A DNA stretch of 15,313 nucleotides from Hormoscilla sp. (GTDB lineage: Bacteria; Cyanobacteriota; Cyanobacteriia; Cyanobacteriales; Desertifilaceae). Location of the stretch: assembly GCA_051439505.1 (NCBI GenBank), contig JBFRWI010000190.1, positions 1 to 15,313 on the forward strand. The letters are read 5' to 3'. A program made the position numbers and the translations under genes. Below the pieces are notes generated by a model. The model saw only the letters and a list, made by a program, of their open reading frames with translations. It searched no databases and was not told where the DNA came from. Shown piece by piece: positions 1 through 7,723 of the stretch (its first letter is position 1; every line of letters begins with the position of its first letter).

Positions 1-36
1 GACGCAGAAGTACTCTTCATCTCATACGGGACGGGG

Positions 37-108
37 GGATTGCTTCGGGGGGGATCTCGGCGGCGAGCCCTAAATTATCGGTTTGGGTTTCCCCCCCTCG
101 CAATGACA
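37..108. repeat. Partial GGATTGCTTCG...CTCGCAATGAC-type palindromic repeat with a nested GGGGGGA...TCCCCCC hairpin
   Basis: ggattgcttcg at ~37-47 and ctcgcaatgaca at ~97-108 resemble one arm of a widespread bacterial palindromic repeat (recalled, not searched). Between them is a G-run/C-run inverted repeat enclosing small hairpins. The other arm would lie left of the window. Confidence 0.45.
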
Positions 109-196
109 AGTTGTATCCCTTGAAGTATTGGAAGTGAGGTGTCATACCACTAATTTAAACATTAGGTGACTTGACTCTGCACTCCTGCGCTTAATG

Positions 197-266
197 GAGG
201 CGGGAGCCTCAGAAGACCGTTACCAGGTAGAACCTGGTAACGAGAGTACGAGAGTATAACGAGAGT
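197..266. repeat. GAGGC-N4-GCCTC / CGTTACCAGG-N5-CCTGGTAACG palindromic repeat followed by three ACGAGAGT octamers
   Basis: Perfect 10-bp arms at 218-227 and 233-242, a small hairpin at 197-210, and ACGAGAGT at 240, 248 and 259. A related copy (CGTTCCCAGGCAGAGCCGTGGGAACGAG) lies at 7441-7468. Confidence 0.75.
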
Positions 267-297
267 ATAGTAGTTTTTTCTTTAAGGAACAAAAAGG

Positions 298-1089
298 ATG
301 AGTGAAAGTACGCCAAATATCAACAATTTATTTGAAACTGCCCATGAAGAAGGATTGCTGTCTCAGGCATCTCTGCAAGCGCTGAATGTTGTCGATATTG
401 GTGCCGAAATTCAGGCAGGTTTGGGCGTTGATGTGGATGACGTGATGGCGAGTGAAGTGGTTTTGGTGACTCTGATGCCTGACGATTCGGGTTCGATTCG
501 CTTTGCCAAAAACGATCGCGCGGTGCGAGAGGGGCATAATGCCGTTCTTGATGCTTTGCTAGCTTCCAAGCAAAAGGAGAATATCTTAGTTCACAATCGC
601 TACTTGAATGGCCACGTGCTGTATCCTTATTGTGAGCTAAACCAAGCAGTACGGATGAATGCCCAGAACTACGATCCCAATTTGGGAACCCCTTTGTACG
701 ACCAAACCGTGGTGCTGCTGGGAACGGTTTTGGCCAAGACCCAGGAGTTTGCCGACAATGGCGTGCCAGTACGGACGGTGACGCTAATTATTACTGATGG
801 GGCGGACCAACATTCCGCGCGATCGACTCCCGGTAAAGTAGCGGCGATCGCCCAAGATATGCTGCAAGCAGAAAATCATATCATTGCGGCGATGGGCATT
901 GATGACGGCAAGACTGATTTTCGCAAAACCTTCCGGGAGATGGGCATTCGCGATGAGTGGATTCTCACTCCTAGTAACAGCCAAGGGGAGATTCGTAAAG
1001 CCTTTCAGGTATTTTCTCAATCAGCAGTGCAGGCATCTGGCGGCGTGACTGGTTTTAGCCAGGCGGTTGTGGGCGGATTTGGTAATTAG
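298..1089 (+). CDS. von Willebrand factor type A (vWA) domain protein, TerY-like, 263 aa
   Basis: MIDAS motif after a hydrophobic strand (VLVTLMPDDSGSI), a GTPLYD motif and LIITDG; purine-rich RBS (aagga) before the ATG. Confidence 0.85.
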   Translation: MSESTPNINNLFETAHEEGLLSQASLQALNVVDIGAEIQAGLGVDVDDVMASEVVLVTLMPDDSGSIRFAKNDRAVREGHNAVLDALLASKQKENILVHNRYLNGHVLYPYCELNQAVRMNAQNYDPNLGTPLYDQTVVLLGTVLAKTQEFADNGVPVRTVTLIITDGADQHSARSTPGKVAAIAQDMLQAENHIIAAMGIDDGKTDFRKTFREMGIRDEWILTPSNSQGEIRKAFQVFSQSAVQASGGVTGFSQAVVGGFGN

Positions 1090-1133
1090 CAAGAAAGGGC
1101 GATCGGCTATTTCATCAACCCTTGACGAAGTCT

Positions 1134-1151
1134 TGGGTGCGATCGCACCCA
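1134..1151. terminator. Perfect 18-bp HIP1-centred palindrome between convergent genes; possible terminator or small repeat
   Basis: TGGGTGCGATCGCACCCA is self-complementary and lies in the 94-bp gap between two convergent stop codons. It has no clear U-tract. Confidence 0.35.
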
Positions 1152-1183
1152 TGCACAATTGGCAATTCCCGATTAACCAAAGT

Positions 1184-2566
1184 TTATTTGTCCATGAACC
1201 ACAGACCGGGCTCCATTTGCCAGGGTTTGTCCAAATCTCGCAAATTGAATGTTTCTAGCTGCTGTTCTAGACCGTTAGTGCCGCCCCCAAAAATGTCGGT
1301 TATTTGCCCGATGACGCCCTGTGGACTGGCGTTAAAAATTATGTTATTGCTGTTGCAGCTTCTTTGAGACTGGCTCACCAAGCAAACTACGGGCTTAGTT
1401 CCATTTAACCCGGGCCTCAAGTTTAAGCCATTGAAATTCCTGCCGTTCTCTACTACTATGTTGTTCAGGCTTTGGGTAGCGGTTTGGCATGTACTTGCCG
1501 AGGCCCATTGTTGAATTTTTTGAGTCCAAGGAAACATGATTCTGGGCAGGCTATTTTCCCCTTGCCGCAGGCCAATCACAAAGTCATTTCCTGATTGCAG
1601 ACATTCAAATTGAGTTGTTGGGGCATTGGCGGCAACGGTAGGTTCGGGATTTGTCGGGACGGACATCACTACCTCATCGCTGCCATTCCCAAAGATCGTG
1701 TTTTGCTCTAAGGTTGGCCGAGACTGACCGATCGCAACGATGGAATAATCCTTATTATACTCGATCCGGTTTCTAATTATTTGGGGACTAGCCCATCTGG
1801 TGATCACAATTCCCGATCGATTGTTGGCAATTTTGTTTCCTTCCACCAGGGTATCTGCTTTTTGATCGATCGCCAGTCCATAGCCCGTATTCTCAAACAG
1901 ATTATTTCTGATTTGGCCCCGGGCTTGATTGGAGATAAACATGCCGTTGCCAGCATTGTCCAGAAAGCGATTGTTTTCAATTGTGGGGTTGGCTGTATTG
2001 ACGATCGCGATGCCATCCCGGTTGTTATTCTTCAAGGTGTTATTGCGAACAGTGGCATCAGTTTCTATCCAAATCCCGGTACCCCTTGTATTGGGATTTG
2101 TGACGGTCACTCCCAGAATCTGACTATTCTCACCGGGCCGGATGGTAATATTTTGGGCAGCCCAAAAGGGATTAACGTGAAGGCCACCGCCAACAATTTC
2201 AATTCCTGCACCCTGTCGGCTTTCATCTCCCCGGAGGCTTACCCGATCGGGAAGCTTGATAGGAAAAGTTTCTTCCCTTCCATATCGACCAGGTGCTAAT
2301 TGAATCACCGTACCGGGCGTTGCCTGACTAATAGCGTAGGTAATAGTCCGAAAAGCCTGATACTCGCTTTGGCCAGCACCGGAGCGATCGGAGCCCCGAT
2401 CGGGATCGACAAATATGGTCCTTTGCTGGGCAATTGTTTCCCTGTCAGGGGGAAGACCTTGGGCCTTCAGTTTCGGCACCACCCACAAGATGGCACCTAG
2501 CCCTAAAACACTTGATAATGTCAGAGCTATCATTCTTTGTTTTGAGGTCAACAGTTTACGTTTCAC
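1184..2566 (-). CDS. Secreted DUF1565 / right-handed parallel beta-helix protein with C-terminal COP23-like domain (paralogue 1), 460 aa
   Basis: GTG start and signal peptide-like N-terminus. DUF1565-type motifs IFVDPDRGSD, FRTITYAI, IQLAPGRY, ETFPIKL and VTNPNTRGTGIWIE, then PbH1-like repeats (IENNRF.DN.GNG). The C-terminal F.C...W...C...G.NG..PVVC...C....IF pattern resembles COP23. Confidence 0.88.
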   Translation of the reverse strand: MKRKLLTSKQRMIALTLSSVLGLGAILWVVPKLKAQGLPPDRETIAQQRTIFVDPDRGSDRSGAGQSEYQAFRTITYAISQATPGTVIQLAPGRYGREETFPIKLPDRVSLRGDESRQGAGIEIVGGGLHVNPFWAAQNITIRPGENSQILGVTVTNPNTRGTGIWIETDATVRNNTLKNNNRDGIAIVNTANPTIENNRFLDNAGNGMFISNQARGQIRNNLFENTGYGLAIDQKADTLVEGNKIANNRSGIVITRWASPQIIRNRIEYNKDYSIVAIGQSRPTLEQNTIFGNGSDEVVMSVPTNPEPTVAANAPTTQFECLQSGNDFVIGLRQGENSLPRIMFPWTQKIQQWASASTCQTATQSLNNIVVENGRNFNGLNLRPGLNGTKPVVCLVSQSQRSCNSNNIIFNASPQGVIGQITDIFGGGTNGLEQQLETFNLRDLDKPWQMEPGLWFMDK

Positions 2567-2747
2567 GATCTTGCCTCGGGATTTATATACTACTTATTCT
2601 GTAACTGCTGTAGGACTTATGCCAATACTTCTTCACTATGTTTGTTTCGATGCACCCCTACCAGACACTACCGGTTGTCATTGCCTAAGTCCTGTTCTGC
2701 TCTAGATATAATTATATCCTATAATCATCTCTGTATAGAGGCAATTC

Positions 2748-2802
2748 TGTTAATTTATGTTAACTTATGTAAATGGGTTTGTAGTGAGGACTTTAGTCCT
2801 CA
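2748..2802. repeat. Three 10-bp-phased TGTTAA-like repeats plus GTAG-foot REP-like hairpin (copy 1)
   Basis: tgttaa at 2748 and 2758, tgtaaa at 2768; GTAGTGAGGACTTTAGTCCTCA from 2781. The same module recurs at 4486-4540. Confidence 0.75.
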
Positions 2803-2873
2803 CCGTCCTCACCTATACGCAGTGCGCGACGTTCGGATCGCTATGGGAAATGCGAATTGACAATTGCGTTCGT

Positions 2874-4367
2874 TTATTGCTCCAGAAACCACAGACCAGG
2901 ATCGCTTTCCCAGACTTCGTCCAAACTTTGCAAATTAATGTAGTAAATTTGGTCGTTCTGGTAATCGATATCAAGTGTGAAAGTCCGATTTCCGGGACTA
3001 TCTCTGTAAGGGATATTTTCCTCTTCATAGGGATAACGGCGCGTTTGTTCGAGGTTCGCGACCACCTCCTGCAATGCATCCTGTACGATCTTGGCGTTAT
3101 CCTCTGTCGCCGGTTGAAAAATTATGTTATTGTTGTTGCAGTTTGTTTGAGACTCATTAACCAAGCAAACTACGGATCGCTCTTCATTCTGCCCGGACAT
3201 CAACCTCAAACCATTGAAACTATTGCCGTTGTCTGCGACTATGTCGTTCAGGCGTTCGGTAACGGTTTGGCATAAGTTGGCCGAGGCCCCTTGATGAACT
3301 TCCCGAGTCCACAGAGACATGATTTTGGGCAGGGTCTTTTTACCTTGCCGCACAGTAATTGCCAAGTCATCCCCTGACTGCATGCATCCAAACTGAGTTG
3401 TTGGGGCCTTGGCAGTAACCACGGGGGGCTGAGGTGGATTTCCTTGAGGGATTCCCATTACAATCCGATCGTTGCCATTGCCAATGAGGGTGTTGTCCTT
3501 TAAGACTGGTTGAGCCCGATCGACCGCAATAATGGAATATTCTTCATTATTCTCGATCCTGTTTCTATCCAATGTCGGATGAGCTGATTTTGTGATGATT
3601 ATTCCCGATCGATTGTTGACGATGTAGTTTTCTTGCACCAGGGGATAGGCTTTGCCATCGATCGCCATTCCATAGCCGGTGTTCCGAAACTCATTGTTTC
3701 TGATTTCGCCGCTGGCTTCATTAGAGATAAATATGCCATTGCCAGTATTGTCCAGGAAGCGATTGTTGGCAATTGTCGGCTTAGCAGAACCAACGATCGC
3801 GATGCCATCCCGGTTGTTATTCCTCAAGGTGCTATTGCGAACAGTGGCATTGGTTTCTATCCAAATACCGGTGCCCCGCGTATTTGGATTTGTGACGGTC
3901 ACTCCCAGAATTTGGCTATTCTCACCTGGCACTATGGTGACATTTTGACTAGCCCAGGAGCCATTCGAGGAGTTATTAATGTGAAAGCCACCGCCAACAA
4001 TTTCAAATCCTGCACCCTGTCGGCGTTGGTTTCCCTGGAGGATTACCCCATCGGGAAGCTTGAGAGGAAATTCTTCGCTTGCATATCGACCGGGAGCTAA
4101 TTTAATCACCGTACCATTGTTGGCCCGTTGCAGAGCGTAGGTAATAGTACGAAAAGCCTGTTGCTGACTCCGACCGCTTCCTTGGCGATCGGAGCCCCGG
4201 TTAGGATCGACAAATACTATCCTTTGCCGGTCAATTGTCTCTCTGTGGGGGGGACGACGTTGAGTCACTTCTGGGGTTCCCTTCAGGGGCCAGGCCCCTA
4301 TGCCGAGAACAGTTGATAATGTCAGAGCTATTATGAGAGTTTTGGGGGCCTTAAGTTTATGTTTCAC
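2874..4367 (-). CDS. Secreted DUF1565 / right-handed parallel beta-helix protein with C-terminal COP23-like domain (paralogue 2), 497 aa
   Basis: Collinear with 1184-2566 (PGENSQILGVTVTNPNTRGTGIWIET is identical). It has the same four C-terminal Cys, the same PGLWF ending and the same GGCAAGATC-GTG start context. Confidence 0.88.
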   Translation of the reverse strand: MKHKLKAPKTLIIALTLSTVLGIGAWPLKGTPEVTQRRPPHRETIDRQRIVFVDPNRGSDRQGSGRSQQQAFRTITYALQRANNGTVIKLAPGRYASEEFPLKLPDGVILQGNQRRQGAGFEIVGGGFHINNSSNGSWASQNVTIVPGENSQILGVTVTNPNTRGTGIWIETNATVRNSTLRNNNRDGIAIVGSAKPTIANNRFLDNTGNGIFISNEASGEIRNNEFRNTGYGMAIDGKAYPLVQENYIVNNRSGIIITKSAHPTLDRNRIENNEEYSIIAVDRAQPVLKDNTLIGNGNDRIVMGIPQGNPPQPPVVTAKAPTTQFGCMQSGDDLAITVRQGKKTLPKIMSLWTREVHQGASANLCQTVTERLNDIVADNGNSFNGLRLMSGQNEERSVVCLVNESQTNCNNNNIIFQPATEDNAKIVQDALQEVVANLEQTRRYPYEEENIPYRDSPGNRTFTLDIDYQNDQIYYINLQSLDEVWESDPGLWFLEQ

Positions 4368-4485
4368 GATCTTGCCAGGTATATTGTTCTATCTATCTAT
4401 TGGTAATTTCTGTAGGACTTATGCATGCGATCGCCCACCATCTCCAGAGAGTATTCCTATGATACTCTGTCTGTCGAGGGGATTA

Positions 4486-4540
4486 TGTTAATTTATGTTA
4501 AATTCTGTTAATCGGTTCGTAGTGAGGACTTTAGTCCTCA
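4486..4540. repeat. Three 10-bp-phased TGTTAA repeats plus GTAG-foot REP-like hairpin (copy 2), overlapping the helicase stop codon
   Basis: tgttaa at 4486, 4496 and 4506; GTAGTGAGGACTTTAGTCCTCA at 4519-4540 is identical to 2781-2802. Confidence 0.75.
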
Positions 4541-7383
4541 AGCCGCGCGATCGCATCCAGGAGAAACAGGCCGATTTCCTTATGGAGTCCCTCGTTTTGT
4601 TGGGGACATCTCGACTGGGTGAGGCACCTGGGACAACCGAACTGACAATCACAAGCTTGGGCCAAAGACTTGGCCTTTTTGGCCAAACGGGGGAAATGCT
4701 GAAAGATGGCCTCGGCAGCACCATTGCCGCCATCGCAGGTATCGAAGAAATAGCCGACAACGGTGGGGCGATCGCCTTCTTTCTGGACAATATAGTTAAC
4801 ATCGAAACTGGAGGAGAGCACGACTAAAGGCAGGGCGAAGGAGAGCAGATGTCCGATGCTGTGTAAAGCTAACCAGCCTGGAGTCGATCTCCACAAATAT
4901 TCTAGTCGATCAGGAATTTTATCGACTTGTTGCTCTCTGACAGTCTTTTTCAGGCGATCGACCTGTTGGGAGAGGGCATCTAACACAGCAGGATTAATCT
5001 CTACCTTAAGTAAAGGAGCCTGATAGGTCGTGCGGTAGGGTTCGGAGAACTGAATTTTCTCTTTTTCCTGGATTATTTCCGCATAATTCAGCTTACGACT
5101 GCAAACAGAGCAGTTTTTTCCCTTCAGGGGCTGATGATAATTAGGACATCTTTTATTAGTACAGGTAAGGCGATATTCTCTGATGAACACCTTGTATCCC
5201 GTTACCAGGGAAGTTATTTCTCCCCAGTATAACCGCAGTCGCAGTCTTCCTTCTGTCAGGGCGGTATCAATAATCTTGGTTTCCTCAAGTTTTGACAACC
5301 GCTTGACTTCTAATTCCTGCTCCGCTTGCGTAAATATATTTGGCGGTTCACTCAAGGGTTTTAGGTATGCTTTTCCCTTTTCTATATCTAGCTTTTCACA
5401 TTCATAAGTTACCAGGCTTTTTCCCTCGTCGCTAGCAGTGTAAATTGCTTTCGGAAAAACCTCTCGGTAAGCAATATCCAAGGACATATTTTCAAATTCT
5501 TCTCCTGTCTCAGCGTTCACCAAGTCAACGCTGAGGGAGTTACTGCCTCTGATATTAACATTTTTGTGAGGATAACCATATGTCTGCAAATAATCCCTGG
5601 CAGACATAGAAAGCTTTTCCTGTTCCAGCAGTGCTGAGGCGATCGCCCCAGCTTTTTCTCCAAACAGACTTTCTAGATCCGGGAGTGGTAACCCACTTTC
5701 AGAGCAGCAACATTCTAGATGCTTGCTCAAAATTGTGGGATAATTGGGATTAAAGACAGCACTTTCCACCTCACCTTCTAATAACTGTTGGGGATTTTTT
5801 CCGTAGTAGTTATCTAGGGCATTTTGGGCCACGGGCAGAAAGATAATCAACCCCGGATGCTTCCTGCCCACCCGTCCGAGGCGCTGGCGAAAGGACATGA
5901 TCGAACCGGGATAGCCCCGCAACAAACAAAAATCTAATTCTGGTAAGTCAATGCCAGCTTCTAGGGCCGAAGTGGAGATGATGACCTTCAGCGAACCGGT
6001 CTCTAGCTGGCGAATTAAATTGCGGCGGCGATCGCCCTTAAGGGAACCGTAGAAAATGCCCACCTGCTGGGCTAAATAGCCAAGTCCTTGCCTGGCAGTC
6101 TCTCGTTGAATTAAGGAGAGCAAATTCTTCACCGCCCCTCGGGAGTTACAGAATACAAGTCCTCTCAAATTCTCCTGCAACAGGGATATAATAATCTTAC
6201 AGGCATCGGGATTAGCTGTGTCACTAGGAGCAAAGGAGAGAATCGTTTGCTCACTAGCAGTTGCATCGCTGCGTGCAATTAGATGCAGTCTCTCGGGTTG
6301 ATGGGTTCTCCCGCTGAAGCCCATTGCCATTTCGGCGGGGTTGCCAATTGTAGCAGAAGAACAAATAAACTGCAATCTTTCGCTATTTCCCCCCACCTCA
6401 TCCACGGCGCGACGCAATCTTCGCATCAGGTTAGCAAAGTGAGCGCCAAAAGCACCGATATAAGTGTGAGATTCGTCAATAACTACCCAGCGCAGACAGC
6501 GGAGAAACTCTCGCCAAGCTTGCCAGGATCCCCGCCGCCGCACCTTTTCTAATTGATAATGCAGTAAGTCGGGACTGACGGCTAAAATGTGGGGAGGGTT
6601 GGGCAAAAATAGTTGCTGGCGATCGCCCATCGGAGTATCCCCAGTCATTTGGCCGACTTTCAACTGTTGAGAAGAAGGAAAAGTGGCGACCAAGCGTTGT
6701 AGTTTCCGCAACTGGTCAAAAGCGAGGGCCTTGAGAGGAAAGATGTAGAGGGCGCAGTTATGACGTTGCTGGAGACAAGATTCGAGGATAGCTAAATTGT
6801 AGCAGAGAGTTTTCCCCGAAGCGGTGGGAGTGGTTATCGATAAGTCCTTGCCACTTCTGAGTTTTTCTAATGCTTCCAACTGATGTCCGTACAAGCTAGT
6901 AATGCCCACCCGCTGTAGCCCCTGGACCAGGGTCGGAGGTAAATCTTCTGGGATCGGATAGCGCTTTCCCGGTGATGCAGGTACGATCGTGATGTCCGCG
7001 ATATTTGCAGAGAAGTGGGAGGCGATCGCCCGGTACTCTGGCTTATTAATTGCTTGAATAAGTTCAAAAGCTATTCCCCCGTCGCTATTGGGTTGAACAT
7101 CTCCCTCTAGGGTTTCCCGAACAGTTTCTGGGGCGATCGCAGAGGTTTCTGGGACTACCTCTCCCGACTGCACTGCTTGCGGCCAATCTTTAAATTGTAC
7201 GGGAACGGAGTAACCGGGAAACTTGACAATCAGGCGGCGATCGAGAATTCTAATCACTTTCCCCGTACCGTAGCGAGGGGAATGAACAGTTCTGCCTGGT
7301 GCGAAAAAATCCGGCGTGTTGCTGGGTGCTGACTTAGCAGCGCGGATAATAGCAGCATAGTCAGGAGGTTGTGATTCAGTCAT
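4531..7383 (-). CDS. DEAD/DEAH-box helicase with C-terminal DUF1998 Zn-binding domain (MrfA/YprA/Hrq1/SftH-like), 950 aa
   Basis: Q motif LYGHQ, Walker A TPTASGKT, PLKALAFDQ, DESH, SAT, TSALEAGID and QRLGRVGR. DUF1998-type C-terminus LHSIGH...FFDTCDGGNG...CDCQFGCPRC...C...NEGLHK. Confidence 0.93.
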   Translation of the reverse strand: MTESQPPDYAAIIRAAKSAPSNTPDFFAPGRTVHSPRYGTGKVIRILDRRLIVKFPGYSVPVQFKDWPQAVQSGEVVPETSAIAPETVRETLEGDVQPNSDGGIAFELIQAINKPEYRAIASHFSANIADITIVPASPGKRYPIPEDLPPTLVQGLQRVGITSLYGHQLEALEKLRSGKDLSITTPTASGKTLCYNLAILESCLQQRHNCALYIFPLKALAFDQLRKLQRLVATFPSSQQLKVGQMTGDTPMGDRQQLFLPNPPHILAVSPDLLHYQLEKVRRRGSWQAWREFLRCLRWVVIDESHTYIGAFGAHFANLMRRLRRAVDEVGGNSERLQFICSSATIGNPAEMAMGFSGRTHQPERLHLIARSDATASEQTILSFAPSDTANPDACKIIISLLQENLRGLVFCNSRGAVKNLLSLIQRETARQGLGYLAQQVGIFYGSLKGDRRRNLIRQLETGSLKVIISTSALEAGIDLPELDFCLLRGYPGSIMSFRQRLGRVGRKHPGLIIFLPVAQNALDNYYGKNPQQLLEGEVESAVFNPNYPTILSKHLECCCSESGLPLPDLESLFGEKAGAIASALLEQEKLSMSARDYLQTYGYPHKNVNIRGSNSLSVDLVNAETGEEFENMSLDIAYREVFPKAIYTASDEGKSLVTYECEKLDIEKGKAYLKPLSEPPNIFTQAEQELEVKRLSKLEETKIIDTALTEGRLRLRLYWGEITSLVTGYKVFIREYRLTCTNKRCPNYHQPLKGKNCSVCSRKLNYAEIIQEKEKIQFSEPYRTTYQAPLLKVEINPAVLDALSQQVDRLKKTVREQQVDKIPDRLEYLWRSTPGWLALHSIGHLLSFALPLVVLSSSFDVNYIVQKEGDRPTVVGYFFDTCDGGNGAAEAIFQHFPRLAKKAKSLAQACDCQFGCPRCLTQSRCPQQNEGLHKEIGLFLLDAIARLED

Positions 7384-7420
7384 CGGCTATAGGTACGCTA
7401 CTGTTCGGGAAACCTTCTTT

Positions 7421-7426
7421 ATTATA
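7421..7426 (-). promoter_or_regulatory. Putative -10 box (TATAAT) for the helicase
   Basis: Perfect TATAAT on the minus strand, 37 bp upstream of the ATG at 7383. The -35 position falls inside the adjacent nested repeat. Confidence 0.45.
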
Positions 7427-7428
7427 GC

Positions 7429-7599
7429 GTCGCCCGAACCCGTTCCCAGGCAGAGCCGTGGGAACGAGGGGTCCGGCTACACATTCCATACCCGCCTGCT
7501 TCGATGTCTTCTGGGAGCGCTATTCGCACTACCCAGAAGACATCGAGGGCTAAATTACATGTATTATTAATGTACATTTGCGTGCATTGAGATGCTCCC
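7429..7599 (-). mobile_element. Inverted copy of the GGTGCATC...GATGCACC double-hairpin repeat (MITE/REPIN-like), carrying nested palindromic insertions
   Basis: Matches the reverse complement of 8653-8731 in blocks (gtcgcccgaaccc, gggtccggctacac, cccgcctgc, gggctaaattac, gcattgagatgc). Extra DNA is present at 7442-7468 and 7500-7546. Confidence 0.8.
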
Positions 7600-7680
7600 A
7601 TGCGAGGGGGCCCTTACAGAGTCTCGCTAGCTACATTCAGTTATGCTCTAACGGGTGCGGGCCCCTTCGTAGTTGCATTC

Positions 7681-7723
7681 GTAGGGTGGGCACCTTCGAT
7701 ATCTCCGGAGATATCGACCCACC
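7681..7723 (+). repeat. GTAGGGTGGGCAC...CCCACC REP-like element with a 22-bp perfect palindrome inserted
   Basis: Uninterrupted relatives occur at 8583-8601 and 8607-8631. The insert is TCGATATCTCCGGAGATATCGA at 7696-7717. Confidence 0.8.

Noticed and set aside
7392..7407. GGTACGCTACTGTTCG as a cyanobacterial LexA box before the helicase
   Set aside because: The half-sites GTAC and GTTC are 6 bp apart, whereas the RGTACNNNDGTWCB consensus needs 4.
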